Shown in pieces: positions 8,390-17,403 of a stretch of 64,000 bases of DNA; position 1 is the stretch's first letter; each line of letters opens with the position of its first letter. Position numbers and translations under genes: made by a program. A model generated the notes under the pieces. That model made no database searches. It saw nothing but the letters and a program-made list of their open reading frames with translations, and was not told the origin of the DNA. The DNA is from Solirubrobacteraceae bacterium (GTDB lineage: Bacteria > Actinomycetota > Thermoleophilia > Solirubrobacterales > Solirubrobacteraceae), in the NCBI GenBank assembly GCA_035948945.1, contig DASZIQ010000048.1, forward strand, positions 14,253 to 78,252, written 5' to 3'.

Positions 8390-9124
8390 CTACTTCAACT
8401 GCGAGAGGAACTCGACGGCCGCTTCGAACTGCTTCGGCGGCAGGTGCTTGAACGAGGGCATCGGCTGCGTCGGGTTGACCAGCGTGCGTGCAAGTCCCTG
8501 GCGCGGGATCCGCGAGCCGATGTGCGTCAGTTCGGGGCCCGGCCCGTTGTTGCCGTTGTCGCCGAGCTTGTGGCACGCCAGGCAGCCGCTGGAGGCGACC
8601 ACATTCCGGCCGTCTTCGAACTGCGCGAGCTCCTGGGCGCCGGCGTGGCGCACCGCCGCCGGCGTGGCGATTTCCACCGAGAACGGCGAGCCCGTGGAGG
8701 CGCCCTGCCAGGTCAGGTAGAACATCGCCCCAATCACGAACAGCGCCGTGATCGTCGCGATCGGCCGGCGCTCGGGCCGGCGCTCAGGGCCGCGATCGTA
8801 GAAGGGCAGCAGGAACAGCAGGATCATGCCGAGCGTCGGCACCCCGATCGTCGCCAGGCCCACCAGGCTCGGCGGCTTGATCACGCGCAGCACCTCGAAC
8901 AGGAAGAAGAAGTACCACTCCGGGCGCGGCACGTAAGTGCTGGTGGTGGGGTTGACCTTGGAGCCGAGCTCGGCGCCGAGCACCAGCGACATCGTGATGA
9001 TGCACGCCATCACCACGCACGCCATGATCGAGTCCTTGGCGACCGCGTAGGGGAAGAACGGTTTCCCTTTGGCCTTCAGCAGCGCATACTCGCGCAGGTA
9101 CTCCTCCTTCTCGCGCTGGTTCAT
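8390..9124 (-). CDS. qcrC: Menaquinol-cytochrome c reductase subunit IV-like domain fused to c-type cytochrome
   Basis: Cytochrome b C-terminal / subunit IV-like TM region (PEWYFFFLFE) plus heme-c motif CLACH. Follows qcrB. Confidence 0.8.
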   Translation of the reverse strand: MNQREKEEYLREYALLKAKGKPFFPYAVAKDSIMACVVMACIITMSLVLGAELGSKVNPTTSTYVPRPEWYFFFLFEVLRVIKPPSLVGLATIGVPTLGMILLFLLPFYDRGPERRPERRPIATITALFVIGAMFYLTWQGASTGSPFSVEIATPAAVRHAGAQELAQFEDGRNVVASSGCLACHKLGDNGNNGPGPELTHIGSRIPRQGLARTLVNPTQPMPSFKHLPPKQFEAAVEFLSQLK

Positions 9125-9131
9125 CGCCGCA

Positions 9132-9935
9132 TCACGCCTCGGACTCGCGCAGCTCGGGGTCTTTCTCCGCTTTCGACCACGGCGGCGCGGTCGTGCCGAG
9201 CTTGGCGACCAGGTAGAGGTGCGCGCCGATCAGCGCGGCGATCAGCCCCGGCACGAGCAGCATGTGGATCGCGTAGAAGCGCGACAGCGTGGTCGCCCCG
9301 ATTTCCGAGCCGCCGCGCAGGAAGTCGCTCAGGTAGGGGCCGATCAGGGGCCCGGTGCCGTTGATGTTGACCCCTACCTGCGTCGCCCAGAAGGCGCGTT
9401 GGTCGAAGGGCAGCAGGTAGCCGGTGAACGACATCACCATCGTCAGGATCAGCAGCACCACGCCGATCACCCAGTTGAGCTCGCGCGGGTACTTGTAGGC
9501 GCCGAAGAAGAAGGTGCGGCCCATGTGCAGGAACACCAGCACCACCATCACGGTCGAGCCCCACTTGTGCATGCCGCGCACGAACTGCCCGAGGAACACC
9601 TCGTTGGTGACGTAGCGGATCGATTCGTACGCCCCGCCCGAGGCATCGGGGCGGTAGTACATCGCCAGGAACACGCCGGTGACCGCCTGGTTGAGGAAGG
9701 CGAACATCGTCGCCGAGCCCAGGGTGTAGAACCAGTTGGTGCCCTTGGGCACCTTGCGGAACATCAGCCAGCGGGCCGCTCCGCTCAGTGAGGTGCGCTC
9801 ATCGACCCAGTCGACGACCGCGGTGCCGGCGTTGGCGGCGTGATCGACCGGCCGGACGGCGCCGTTGCTCTCCTGCGGCCGTGGTGGCGGCGCCTTCAGC
9901 GGCGCGGGGATCGGGGGGGCGGGGAGTTTGGGCAC
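9132..9935 (-). CDS. qcrB: Menaquinol-cytochrome c reductase cytochrome b6-type subunit
   Basis: Cytochrome b N-terminal domain signature (NWFYTLGS, RGMHKWGSTVMV, YLLPFDQRAFWAT). Confidence 0.85.
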   Translation of the reverse strand: MPKLPAPPIPAPLKAPPPRPQESNGAVRPVDHAANAGTAVVDWVDERTSLSGAARWLMFRKVPKGTNWFYTLGSATMFAFLNQAVTGVFLAMYYRPDASGGAYESIRYVTNEVFLGQFVRGMHKWGSTVMVVLVFLHMGRTFFFGAYKYPRELNWVIGVVLLILTMVMSFTGYLLPFDQRAFWATQVGVNINGTGPLIGPYLSDFLRGGSEIGATTLSRFYAIHMLLVPGLIAALIGAHLYLVAKLGTTAPPWSKAEKDPELRESEA

Positions 9936-9938
9936 CGT

Positions 9939-10601
9939 CTAGCGGCGGATCGAGGGACGCGATGGATAGGCGTACTGGCCGAGCCCGTCGATCGGCTCGC
10001 CGGGGTCGCGGGGGGAGAAGCGGCGCAGCTCGCTGTTGACGCTGAAGCGCGAGCCGATCTGCACCATGCCGTCCACGACACGCGTGTAGAAGCGATCGAG
10101 CGGCCGCGGCGGCGGGCCGGCCACGCGGCGGCCGAGCAGGTCATATACGCCGCCGTGGCAGGGGCAGATGAAGCGCTCCGCGGCGGGCACCCAGCGCACC
10201 GGGCAACCAAGGTGGGCGCAGCGCGAGGTGATCGCGATGTAGGGGGTGTTCTTGTCGTAGGGGTCGGTGTCGATCGCCGGGTTTTTCTGGCGCACGTACA
10301 CCAGCCCCTTGCCGGCCTCGCCGATCCCCGGGGTGAGCGTGATCACGGTGGGGATGTAGTTGTTGTCGGGGAACATCTCCGTCGGGCCCACCGTTTCCCA
10401 GACGTGAGGCTTGCTCTTGAAGATCGGGCCGATCGCGAAGCCCAGCGCCGGCAGCGTGAAGGACATCGCCGCGACCGCCCCGGCGGCGTGGGCGGAGCCG
10501 GTCATGAAGCGCCGTCGCGTGACCGTCTCACCCTCGTACGCGCCCGGTATGTTGCGGTCGAGGGTGTACTTGGAGGCGTGCTTGTCGTGCTTGCTGGCCA
10601 A
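9939..10601 (-). CDS. qcrA: Rieske 2Fe-2S subunit with Tat signal
   Basis: TRRRFM twin-arginine motif. Rieske boxes CAHLGC and CPCHG. Confidence 0.85.
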   Translation of the reverse strand: MASKHDKHASKYTLDRNIPGAYEGETVTRRRFMTGSAHAAGAVAAMSFTLPALGFAIGPIFKSKPHVWETVGPTEMFPDNNYIPTVITLTPGIGEAGKGLVYVRQKNPAIDTDPYDKNTPYIAITSRCAHLGCPVRWVPAAERFICPCHGGVYDLLGRRVAGPPPRPLDRFYTRVVDGMVQIGSRFSVNSELRRFSPRDPGEPIDGLGQYAYPSRPSIRR

Positions 10602-10772
10602 GGGTGTCTAAGAATACCGCCTGGGAGCCGGCGCTGGGCGCGCAGCTCATCCTGCGGGATGGTGCTTTTCGTCACAAATACTGGGGATTGGGTGCTCGGC
10701 GTGCTCGCGCCGTGCCCGTCGTCAGCTCAGGGCGGCTTGCGGAGCGCCGTGAGAATGGCAACTCCCAGGCGA

Positions 10773-11357
10773 CTACTGTGGCTCGGCGGCCGCACGCATC
10801 GCCTTCAGCGCACCGGGGTCCCGCGCGTGCACCAGGATCTTGGCGTGACGGTGGGAATCGTTCGAGCCCCAGCCGACCGCGCGCGCGCCCGCGGCCCACA
10901 CCGCTAGCGCGAGGTCCTCACGGTCCTCGCCCTGGGCGAGCGCGGTGAGCGTGATCACATCCGCGAGCTCCGCCACCGCCGCCAGGTCGCCGAGCGCCAC
11001 CAGGCGCGCGAGGCCGAGCGCATAGAGCTGGTCGCCCGCCAGCAGGCCGAGGTCGGCCTCCGGTGGGCGCACGACGCGGGGTGTGCCGTAGTGCAGCAGG
11101 TAGCCCTCGTAGATCGCCTCGACCAGCAGCTCGTACTCCTCAGAGTGCGCTTGCGCGCGCGGGCCCGACGCCGCAATCTGCGCGGGGCCGGTGCCGTTGG
11201 CGACGGGCCCAGCGTCCCGAGGTCGGGAGTCGGGTCGCCGGGTTGGGCTCTCGCCGGCAGGGCGCGAGTCGGGGGGGTCGCGATCGAGCAGGCTCGCCAT
11301 CAGGCCGCCCTGCTCCCGTAGCAGCGCCTCCAGGCGGGTGAGTACCGGCGCGCTCAT
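10773..11357 (-). CDS. Hypothetical protein (helical; LLAGDQLYALG segment resembles polyprenyl-synthase helices but has no DDxxD)
   Basis: Start taken at ATG 11357 (MSAPVLTRLE). No confident family. Lies between hemL and qcrA. Confidence 0.4.
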   Translation of the reverse strand: MSAPVLTRLEALLREQGGLMASLLDRDPPDSRPAGESPTRRPDSRPRDAGPVANGTGPAQIAASGPRAQAHSEEYELLVEAIYEGYLLHYGTPRVVRPPEADLGLLAGDQLYALGLARLVALGDLAAVAELADVITLTALAQGEDREDLALAVWAAGARAVGWGSNDSHRHAKILVHARDPGALKAMRAAAEPQ

Positions 11358-11415
11358 CCGCGCTCCCCACAAGTGGGCCACGATTCCGCCCGCCCAGCCT
11401 GCGCGGAGACAGACA

Positions 11416-12723
11416 TCAGGCGAGCTCCCCAAACGCGGCGGCGGCGGCGGCCACGGTGCGCTCGATCTGCTCGGCGGTGTGGGCGAGCGAGGGAAACCAT
11501 GCCTCGAACTGCGAGGGCGGGGGGTAGACACCGCGCGCGAGCAGCCCCCGGCACCAGGCGGCGTGCGCTTGCAGATCGCACGCCTGCGCTCCCTCCAGGT
11601 CGTGCACGGGGCGCTCGCTGAAGAACACCGTCAGCAGGCCGGGGAGGCTCGCGATTTGGATGGGATGCCCGCCCGCCCGCTCCGGCGCACACACGCTCGC
11701 CGCTTCGCGCAGGCCCGCGGCGAGCTGCTCGGTGATTCCCGCCAGGCGCGCGTACGCCGACTCGTCGAGCAGCTGGAGCGTGGCGATGCCGGCCGCCACC
11801 GCCAGCGGGTTGCCCGACAGCGTGCCCGCCTGGTAGACCTCGCCGGCCGGCGCCAGCAGCTCCATCAGCTCCGTGCGCCCTCCCACCGCCGCCGCCGGCA
11901 GGCCGCCGCCGAGCACCTTGCCCACGACCGTCAGGTCGCCGTGCACGCCGGTCAGCTCCTGCGCGCCGCCCCGCGCCACGCGGAAGCCGCTGATCACCTC
12001 GTCGAGCACCAGCAGCGCGCCGCTCGCGTCGGCCTGCTCGCGCAGCAGCTCCAGGAAGTCCGCGCGGGGGGGGACGAGGCCCATGTTGGCGGGGATCGGC
12101 TCCGCCAGGATCGCCGCCGGCCGATGGCGGCGCACCGCCTCCACGAGTGCCTCGGGGTCGTTCCACGGCACGACCACCGTGGCAGCCGCCACCTCCGCCG
12201 GCACCCCCGCGCTCGCGGGGATCGCCTGCGTGGCCAGGCCCGACCCAGCCTGCGCGAGCAGTCCGTCCACGTGCCCGTGGTAGGCGCCCGCGAACTTCAC
12301 GATCTGCTCGCGACCGGTCGCCGCGCGCGCGAGCCGCAGCGCGGTCATCGTCGCCTCGGTGCCCGAGGAGGTCATGCGCAGCATGTCCACGCCCGGCATC
12401 CGCCGCGTCACCTCTTCCGCCAGCTCGACCTCCCCGGCCGTCGGCGCCCCAAAGCTCGTCCCCCGTTCGGCCGCCGCGCGCACCGCCTCGAGGATCCGCG
12501 GGTGAGCGTGGCCGTGGATCAGCGGCCCCCACGAGCAGACGTAGTCGACGTAGCGGTTGCCATCCACGTCCACCAGCTCGGCACCCGACCCGCGAGCGAC
12601 GAACAGCGGGTCGCGCCCGATCGCGCGCATCGCGCGCACGGGGGAGTTGACGCCGCCGGGGAGCACCCGCAGCGCGCGGCGGTAGAGCTCCGCGGAGCGG
12701 GTGTCGGTGAGCGCCAGGGTCAT
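11416..12723 (-). CDS. hemL: Glutamate-1-semialdehyde 2,1-aminomutase
   Basis: 435 aa. LPGGVNSPVRA, class-III aminotransferase core, and GKVLGGGLP Lys motif. Confidence 0.9.
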   Translation of the reverse strand: MTLALTDTRSAELYRRALRVLPGGVNSPVRAMRAIGRDPLFVARGSGAELVDVDGNRYVDYVCSWGPLIHGHAHPRILEAVRAAAERGTSFGAPTAGEVELAEEVTRRMPGVDMLRMTSSGTEATMTALRLARAATGREQIVKFAGAYHGHVDGLLAQAGSGLATQAIPASAGVPAEVAAATVVVPWNDPEALVEAVRRHRPAAILAEPIPANMGLVPPRADFLELLREQADASGALLVLDEVISGFRVARGGAQELTGVHGDLTVVGKVLGGGLPAAAVGGRTELMELLAPAGEVYQAGTLSGNPLAVAAGIATLQLLDESAYARLAGITEQLAAGLREAASVCAPERAGGHPIQIASLPGLLTVFFSERPVHDLEGAQACDLQAHAAWCRGLLARGVYPPPSQFEAWFPSLAHTAEQIERTVAAAAAAFGELA

Positions 12724-12805
12724 TCAGAACGCCTTGCTCGAAGCGCGTTCGCAAGCGTCCAGCCCGGGGACCCCACGGGTTGGTCGGCGCGACCCCCCGG
12801 CGTGT

Positions 12806-14002
12806 TCAGGCGTGCTGTGCTTCCCACCGCTTGTAGTCGTCGGTGAAGTAGAGCAGGCGGATCTTCTTGAACTCCGTCGATGAGTACAGCGTGGCGCGCT
12901 CCTCGATCCCGGTCTGCTCGGCGATCGCGGTGAGGATCGCGTCGCACTCCTCCTTGGAGCGGCCGTGGGCCATCGTGAAGACCGAGTAGGGCCAATCCTC
13001 GTAGGTGGGGCGCTGGTAGCAGTGGGAGATCCCGCGGTATGACGCCATCCGCGGGCCCAGCTCCATGATCCGCTCCGCCGGCACCTTCCACACGCCCATC
13101 CCGTTCGCGGAGAAGCCGGCGCGGCGGTGGAAGAGGATCGCCGCGACGCGGCGCAGCAGCCCGCGCTCGCGCATCCCCGCCATGTGCTCCAGCAGCGTCT
13201 CGACGTCCATGCCCAGCCGCTGCGCGGCGGGGGCGTAGGGCTCGCCGATCACCGGCATGTCGCCCTGGGTGGCGCGGATCACCGCGATGTCGCGCTCGTC
13301 GTAGGCGACCGACTCGAGCACCGCCTCCTGCTGCGGAGCCCCCTCGCTGGCGAGCGCTTTGGTGTCGCCCTCCATCTCCAGGTCCATCCTGATCTTGAAC
13401 AGCTTCAGCGTCGGCAACTGGCGGATCGACTCCGCCCCGGTGAGCCGCTGCAGCACCTCCAGCGTGCCCTCCAGGCCGAGCGGCGAATCCGGCTCGGTAG
13501 CGAGCGTGAACCACATGTTGAAGTCGTGGTTGCGCAGGTAGTTGTGCGAGACACCGGGGTGGGAGTTGACGATCTTCGCCGCCCGCCACGGGTGCTCGGG
13601 ATCGACCTTGGCCGCCACCAGCATCGAGGAGTAGCCGAGCGCGCGCGTGTCGTAGATCGGGGTGACCTGGCGGATGATCCGCTCCTGCAACAGCCGCTGC
13701 ACACGCTCGAGCACCTGCTCTTCGGGAGTCTCCGCCTTCCTTGCCACCGCGGCGTACGGCCGTGGCTCCAGCGGAAAGCTGCCCTGCATCAGGTTGAGCA
13801 GCCTGCGGTCCAGCTCGTCGAGCGCCACCGCGGCGCCTTCGGTACGGCTGCGGGTCTTGATGCCCGCCCGCCCCGTGGCGGCACTCGCGCGATCGACCCT
13901 GGTCGAGCCGACGGCCGGCGGACGCGAGAAGCTGGCCGCCGGACGGGCTGTCGGGCCGGGGGCGGCCGGGTGTTCCGTCGAGGTCTCTATTGGCTCAGCC
14001 AT
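12806..14002 (-). CDS. Siroheme decarboxylase-like fusion (AhbA/AhbB, NirD/L/G/H family; two Lrp/AsnC-like halves)
   Basis: Two tandem halves, each with an HTH-like start (LDELDRRLLNLMQGSFPLEPRPY; YDERDIAVIRATQGDMPVIGEPY) and a C-terminal NirD-like domain. ATG 14002 overlaps the hemB end by 16 nt. Confidence 0.7.
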   Translation of the reverse strand: MAEPIETSTEHPAAPGPTARPAASFSRPPAVGSTRVDRASAATGRAGIKTRSRTEGAAVALDELDRRLLNLMQGSFPLEPRPYAAVARKAETPEEQVLERVQRLLQERIIRQVTPIYDTRALGYSSMLVAAKVDPEHPWRAAKIVNSHPGVSHNYLRNHDFNMWFTLATEPDSPLGLEGTLEVLQRLTGAESIRQLPTLKLFKIRMDLEMEGDTKALASEGAPQQEAVLESVAYDERDIAVIRATQGDMPVIGEPYAPAAQRLGMDVETLLEHMAGMRERGLLRRVAAILFHRRAGFSANGMGVWKVPAERIMELGPRMASYRGISHCYQRPTYEDWPYSVFTMAHGRSKEECDAILTAIAEQTGIEERATLYSSTEFKKIRLLYFTDDYKRWEAQHA

Positions 14003-14967
14003 CGCGCCGCATCCTTCGCGTGGTAGGTGATGATGACGTCCGCGCTCGCGCGGCGCAGCGAGGTGAGGATCTCGAGCACCGTGGTGCGCTCGTCGATGTG
14101 CCCGGCCGCCGCGGCCGCCTTGACCATCGCGTACTCCCCGCTGACGTTGTATGCGACCACCGGCAGACGCGTCTCGGCCCGCACCGCGGCGATCAGGTCG
14201 CCATAGGCGAGCGCCGGCTTGACCATCACCATGTCCGCCCCCTCCTGCACGTCGAGCAGCGTCTCGCGCAGCGCCTCGCGGCCGTTGGCGGGGTCGAGTT
14301 GGTAGCCGCGGCGGTCGCCGAACGCCGGAGCCGAGCCGGCGGCATCGCGGAATGGGCCGTAGAAGGCGGAGGCGAACTTCGCCGCGTAGGCGAGGATCGG
14401 GGTGTCGGCAAAGCCCTCGTTGTCCAGCTCCGCGCGAATCGCCCCGACGCGACCGTCCATCATGTCCGATGGCGCCACGATGTCCGCGCCGGCGCGCGCG
14501 TGGCTGACGGCGGCGCGCGCCAACAGCTCCACGGAGGCGTCGTTGTCCACGCGCGAGCTCTCGTCCAGCACGCCGCAGTGGCCGTGGTCGGTGTACTCGC
14601 AGAGGCACACGTCTGTGATCACCGGCAACTCGGGCAGCTCCCGCTTGAGCGCTCGCACGCACAGCTGCACCACGCCCTCCTCATCCCACGCCGAGGAGCC
14701 CTGTGCGTCCTTCTCGGCGGGGATCCCGAACAGCAGCACCGCGCCGACTCCGAGCTGCGCCGCCACGCGCGCCTCCTGCACCGCAGCCGAGATCGACAGC
14801 CTGGCAAGCTCCGGCAGCGCCGCCCGCGAGCCACCGGCGCCGTCGGGATGCTCCTCCACGAACAGCGGCAACACCAACTGCCCCGCCCGTAGATCGGTCT
14901 CGCGCACCAGGCCGCGCAGCGCCGAGGAGGCGCGCAGCCTGCGCATGCGCGTCTGGGGGAAAGCCAT
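13987..14967 (-). CDS. hemB: Porphobilinogen synthase (delta-aminolevulinate dehydratase)
   Basis: MAFPQTRMRRLR start, active-site region DVCLCEYTDHGHCG, VMVKPAL Lys motif. Confidence 0.9.
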   Translation of the reverse strand: MAFPQTRMRRLRASSALRGLVRETDLRAGQLVLPLFVEEHPDGAGGSRAALPELARLSISAAVQEARVAAQLGVGAVLLFGIPAEKDAQGSSAWDEEGVVQLCVRALKRELPELPVITDVCLCEYTDHGHCGVLDESSRVDNDASVELLARAAVSHARAGADIVAPSDMMDGRVGAIRAELDNEGFADTPILAYAAKFASAFYGPFRDAAGSAPAFGDRRGYQLDPANGREALRETLLDVQEGADMVMVKPALAYGDLIAAVRAETRLPVVAYNVSGEYAMVKAAAAAGHIDERTTVLEILTSLRRASADVIITYHAKDAARWLSQ

Positions 14968-15051
14968 CACCCGTCGAGGATACCTCTCGCAGGGAGACCG
15001 CTCGGCGCGCCCCACCACCGCGAGGCGGGGTCGAGGCGGTGTCAGGGAGCT

Positions 15052-16509
15052 TCAATCCAGCCGCCGCAGCCCCAGCCGCGCGAGTACCGCGAACAGCGCG
15101 GTCAACCCCAACAGGTGCACGAGCGAGATCGCCAGGCCCGGCGAGGAGCGATTGACGGCCGCGTCGAGCGCCTCCAGCGCGGCCTTGTAGGGGAACACGA
15201 ACGAGATCGCGCGGATCGCGTCGTACAGCCCGCTCGCGACCGCGCCCGCCGGGACGAGCGCGAGGAAGGCGAGCGGCAGCGACAGCAGGAAGGAGAGCAG
15301 CGAGGCCGCGCGCACCTCGCGGGCCAGCGCGCCGATCGCCACGCCCAGCGCCGCGAACGCGAGCCCCCCGAGCGCCAGCGCCACCAGCCACTGGCCGACG
15401 CGGCTCCATTCCAGGCCCACGAACGCTCCGATCCCGGCGAGCATCGCAAACGCCACCACCAGCGCGCAGCCCGCCGCCAGCAGCAGCTTCTGCGCGATCA
15501 GCGACTCGCGTGTGATCAGCGCCCCGCCGTGTCGACCGACTGGGGTCGTAGGAGCGGATGGAGTTGGGATCGTAGGCGTAGATGTGGGGGCGGTGGGGGC
15601 AGCGGCAGACGCAGCCGTGGGGGCAGAGACCGAGGGAATCGGCGAGCCTCTCACCAACCGCGCGAGCGTGTGCTCTTCGCGCTCCAGCGCGATCCCACCG
15701 GCGGCGAGCAGCACGCAGACGAACATCAGCGAGATGCTGACGGCGACGACCACCGCGTACGCATCGAGCGGGGTGCGACCGCCATGCAGGTAGGTGTTGG
15801 TCACCTGGATCGGCTGGCTGACGGTGCTCAGCACCTCGCGGCTGACCCCCAGATTCTGTGCGGCGAATTCGGTGAACTCGGCCAGCCGTTCCAGCTGGGC
15901 GCGATCCGCGTCGTGGGGGTGGCGGGCGACGATGCCGCGCAGGATGTGAGGGATTTCGCTCAGCCCCGGCAGGTTCTGCGGAGCGCCCGACACGCCGAGG
16001 CTGCCGCCCCGCACGAGCGCCCCGATCACCTGCGCCGCCACGCGCCTGATCTGGTTGGAGAGTTCGAGGTTGGCCTGCGCGAGCGCCGATTCGATCGTGG
16101 AGTGCACGAAGCTCTGCTCGAGGGCGTCGCCGTTGTAGATCACCTCCACGTGCGCCTGGCTGGTGACCGAGGAGAGCCGCGCCGCGATGTTCGCCGGAAT
16201 CACGATCGCCGCCAGCGCCTTCCCCGAGCGGACCGCCCGCACGGCCGCGGCGCGGGTCGCGACCGGCACCGGCTGCACCTGGTCGATGAGCTGGCTGTAG
16301 TAGTGGGCCACGTTCAGGCGCGTGCCACCCAGTTCGACGGTCGCGGACGGTGGGGAGAGGTTGGCGATCGCAACCTTGGGCTTCCCGGGTGCGCGGGAGA
16401 TCGCCAGGCCGATCAGCAGCGCCACCGCGACCGGGTAGAGCACCAGCACCGCCACCAGCACACGCGAGCGCGCGAGGATCAACAGGTCCTTCTTCAGCAT
16501 CCACCGCAT
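15052..16509 (-). CDS. ABC-2 type exporter permease with Pro/Thr/Ala-rich in-frame insertion
   Basis: N-terminal TM, large extracytoplasmic domain, C-terminal multi-TM ABC-2 region (EREEHTLARL...). Downstream of the ATPase gene. Confidence 0.75.
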   Translation of the reverse strand: MRWMLKKDLLILARSRVLVAVLVLYPVAVALLIGLAISRAPGKPKVAIANLSPPSATVELGGTRLNVAHYYSQLIDQVQPVPVATRAAAVRAVRSGKALAAIVIPANIAARLSSVTSQAHVEVIYNGDALEQSFVHSTIESALAQANLELSNQIRRVAAQVIGALVRGGSLGVSGAPQNLPGLSEIPHILRGIVARHPHDADRAQLERLAEFTEFAAQNLGVSREVLSTVSQPIQVTNTYLHGGRTPLDAYAVVVAVSISLMFVCVLLAAGGIALEREEHTLARLVRGSPIPSVSAPTAASAAAPTAPTSTPTIPTPSAPTTPVGRHGGALITRESLIAQKLLLAAGCALVVAFAMLAGIGAFVGLEWSRVGQWLVALALGGLAFAALGVAIGALAREVRAASLLSFLLSLPLAFLALVPAGAVASGLYDAIRAISFVFPYKAALEALDAAVNRSSPGLAISLVHLLGLTALFAVLARLGLRRLD

Positions 16510-16577
16510 CAGTGGTGTGCAGCCGATCCAGGCGACGGTGGGCTTGCAGGAAGAGCCACTAGAACGGAATCGATCAT

Positions 16578-17339
16578 TTAGTGACCTCGCGCGCGCAGGA
16601 ACTCCACGAACGCTCCTTCGAAGTCGGCGGGGGCAGGAATTGGGTGGACGGGACTCCCTTCGACGGGGTGGGCTGACAGCTGCTCCCGCGCGAGCTCGTC
16701 CGGGGATCCGTTGAACAGCAGCTCGCCGTCGGCCAGCACCACCACCCGCTGGGCGTAGCGCTCGGCCTCGGCGACGTTATGGGTGGAGAAGACCACGCAC
16801 CGGCCCCGCTGCGAGAGTGCGCAGATGAAGCGCCACAGGCGCTCGCGCTGGCGGGGATCGAGCGAGGAGGAGGGCTCGTCCAGCACCAGCACGGTGGGCT
16901 CGGAGAGCAGGCCGATCGCGATGTTGACACGCTGGCGGTTGCCGCCGGAGAGGCGCTCGACCCGCTCGGATGCCCGCTCCTGCAGGCCGGTCTGTTCGAG
17001 CATCGCCGCGACGGCCGCGCGCGGATCGGAGTTGCGCTCCAGGCGGGCGAACAACTCCAGGTTCTCGGCCACCGAGAGGCGCGAGTAGAGCGCCGGCTGC
17101 TGCGGCACCCACCCAATCCCACCCGGCGGCAGGGTGACATCGCCGGCCGTAGGCGGCTGGACGCCCGCGAGGATCGACAGCAGCGTGGTCTTGCCGGCGC
17201 CGTTGGGCCCAATCACCGCGACCATCTCCCCGGCGCCCGCCTCAAAGCTGACGCCACGCAGCGCCTCGCGCTCGCCGTAGCGCTTGGTGACGCCACGCAC
17301 GGCGAGCAATGCCTCCCCATCCGCGGGTGATGGGGTCAC
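16578..17339 (-). CDS. ABC transporter ATP-binding protein
   Basis: Walker A GPNGAGKTT, signature LSGGNRQR, Walker B LVLDEP. Confidence 0.85.
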   Translation of the reverse strand: MTPSPADGEALLAVRGVTKRYGEREALRGVSFEAGAGEMVAVIGPNGAGKTTLLSILAGVQPPTAGDVTLPPGGIGWVPQQPALYSRLSVAENLELFARLERNSDPRAAVAAMLEQTGLQERASERVERLSGGNRQRVNIAIGLLSEPTVLVLDEPSSSLDPRQRERLWRFICALSQRGRCVVFSTHNVAEAERYAQRVVVLADGELLFNGSPDELAREQLSAHPVEGSPVHPIPAPADFEGAFVEFLRARGH

Positions 17340-17403
17340 GCCGAACCGCCCAGGTTTGGTGCAGCACGACGCATCAGTGGGCGGTCCGGCGCAGGGCTTG
17401 GCC

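Noticed and set aside
7577-9364. Very long plus-strand ORFs opposite or out of frame with recognisable genes. Examples: 7577-9364, 11191-12846, 15115-16581, 21804-23159, 30600-33068, 34639-36954, 37388-39058, 40660-42471, 59469-61031.
   Set aside because: Their translations are Arg/Pro/Ala/Gly-rich low-complexity strings with no motifs. Each overlaps a confidently identified gene. These are typical stop-poor shadow ORFs in high-GC DNA.
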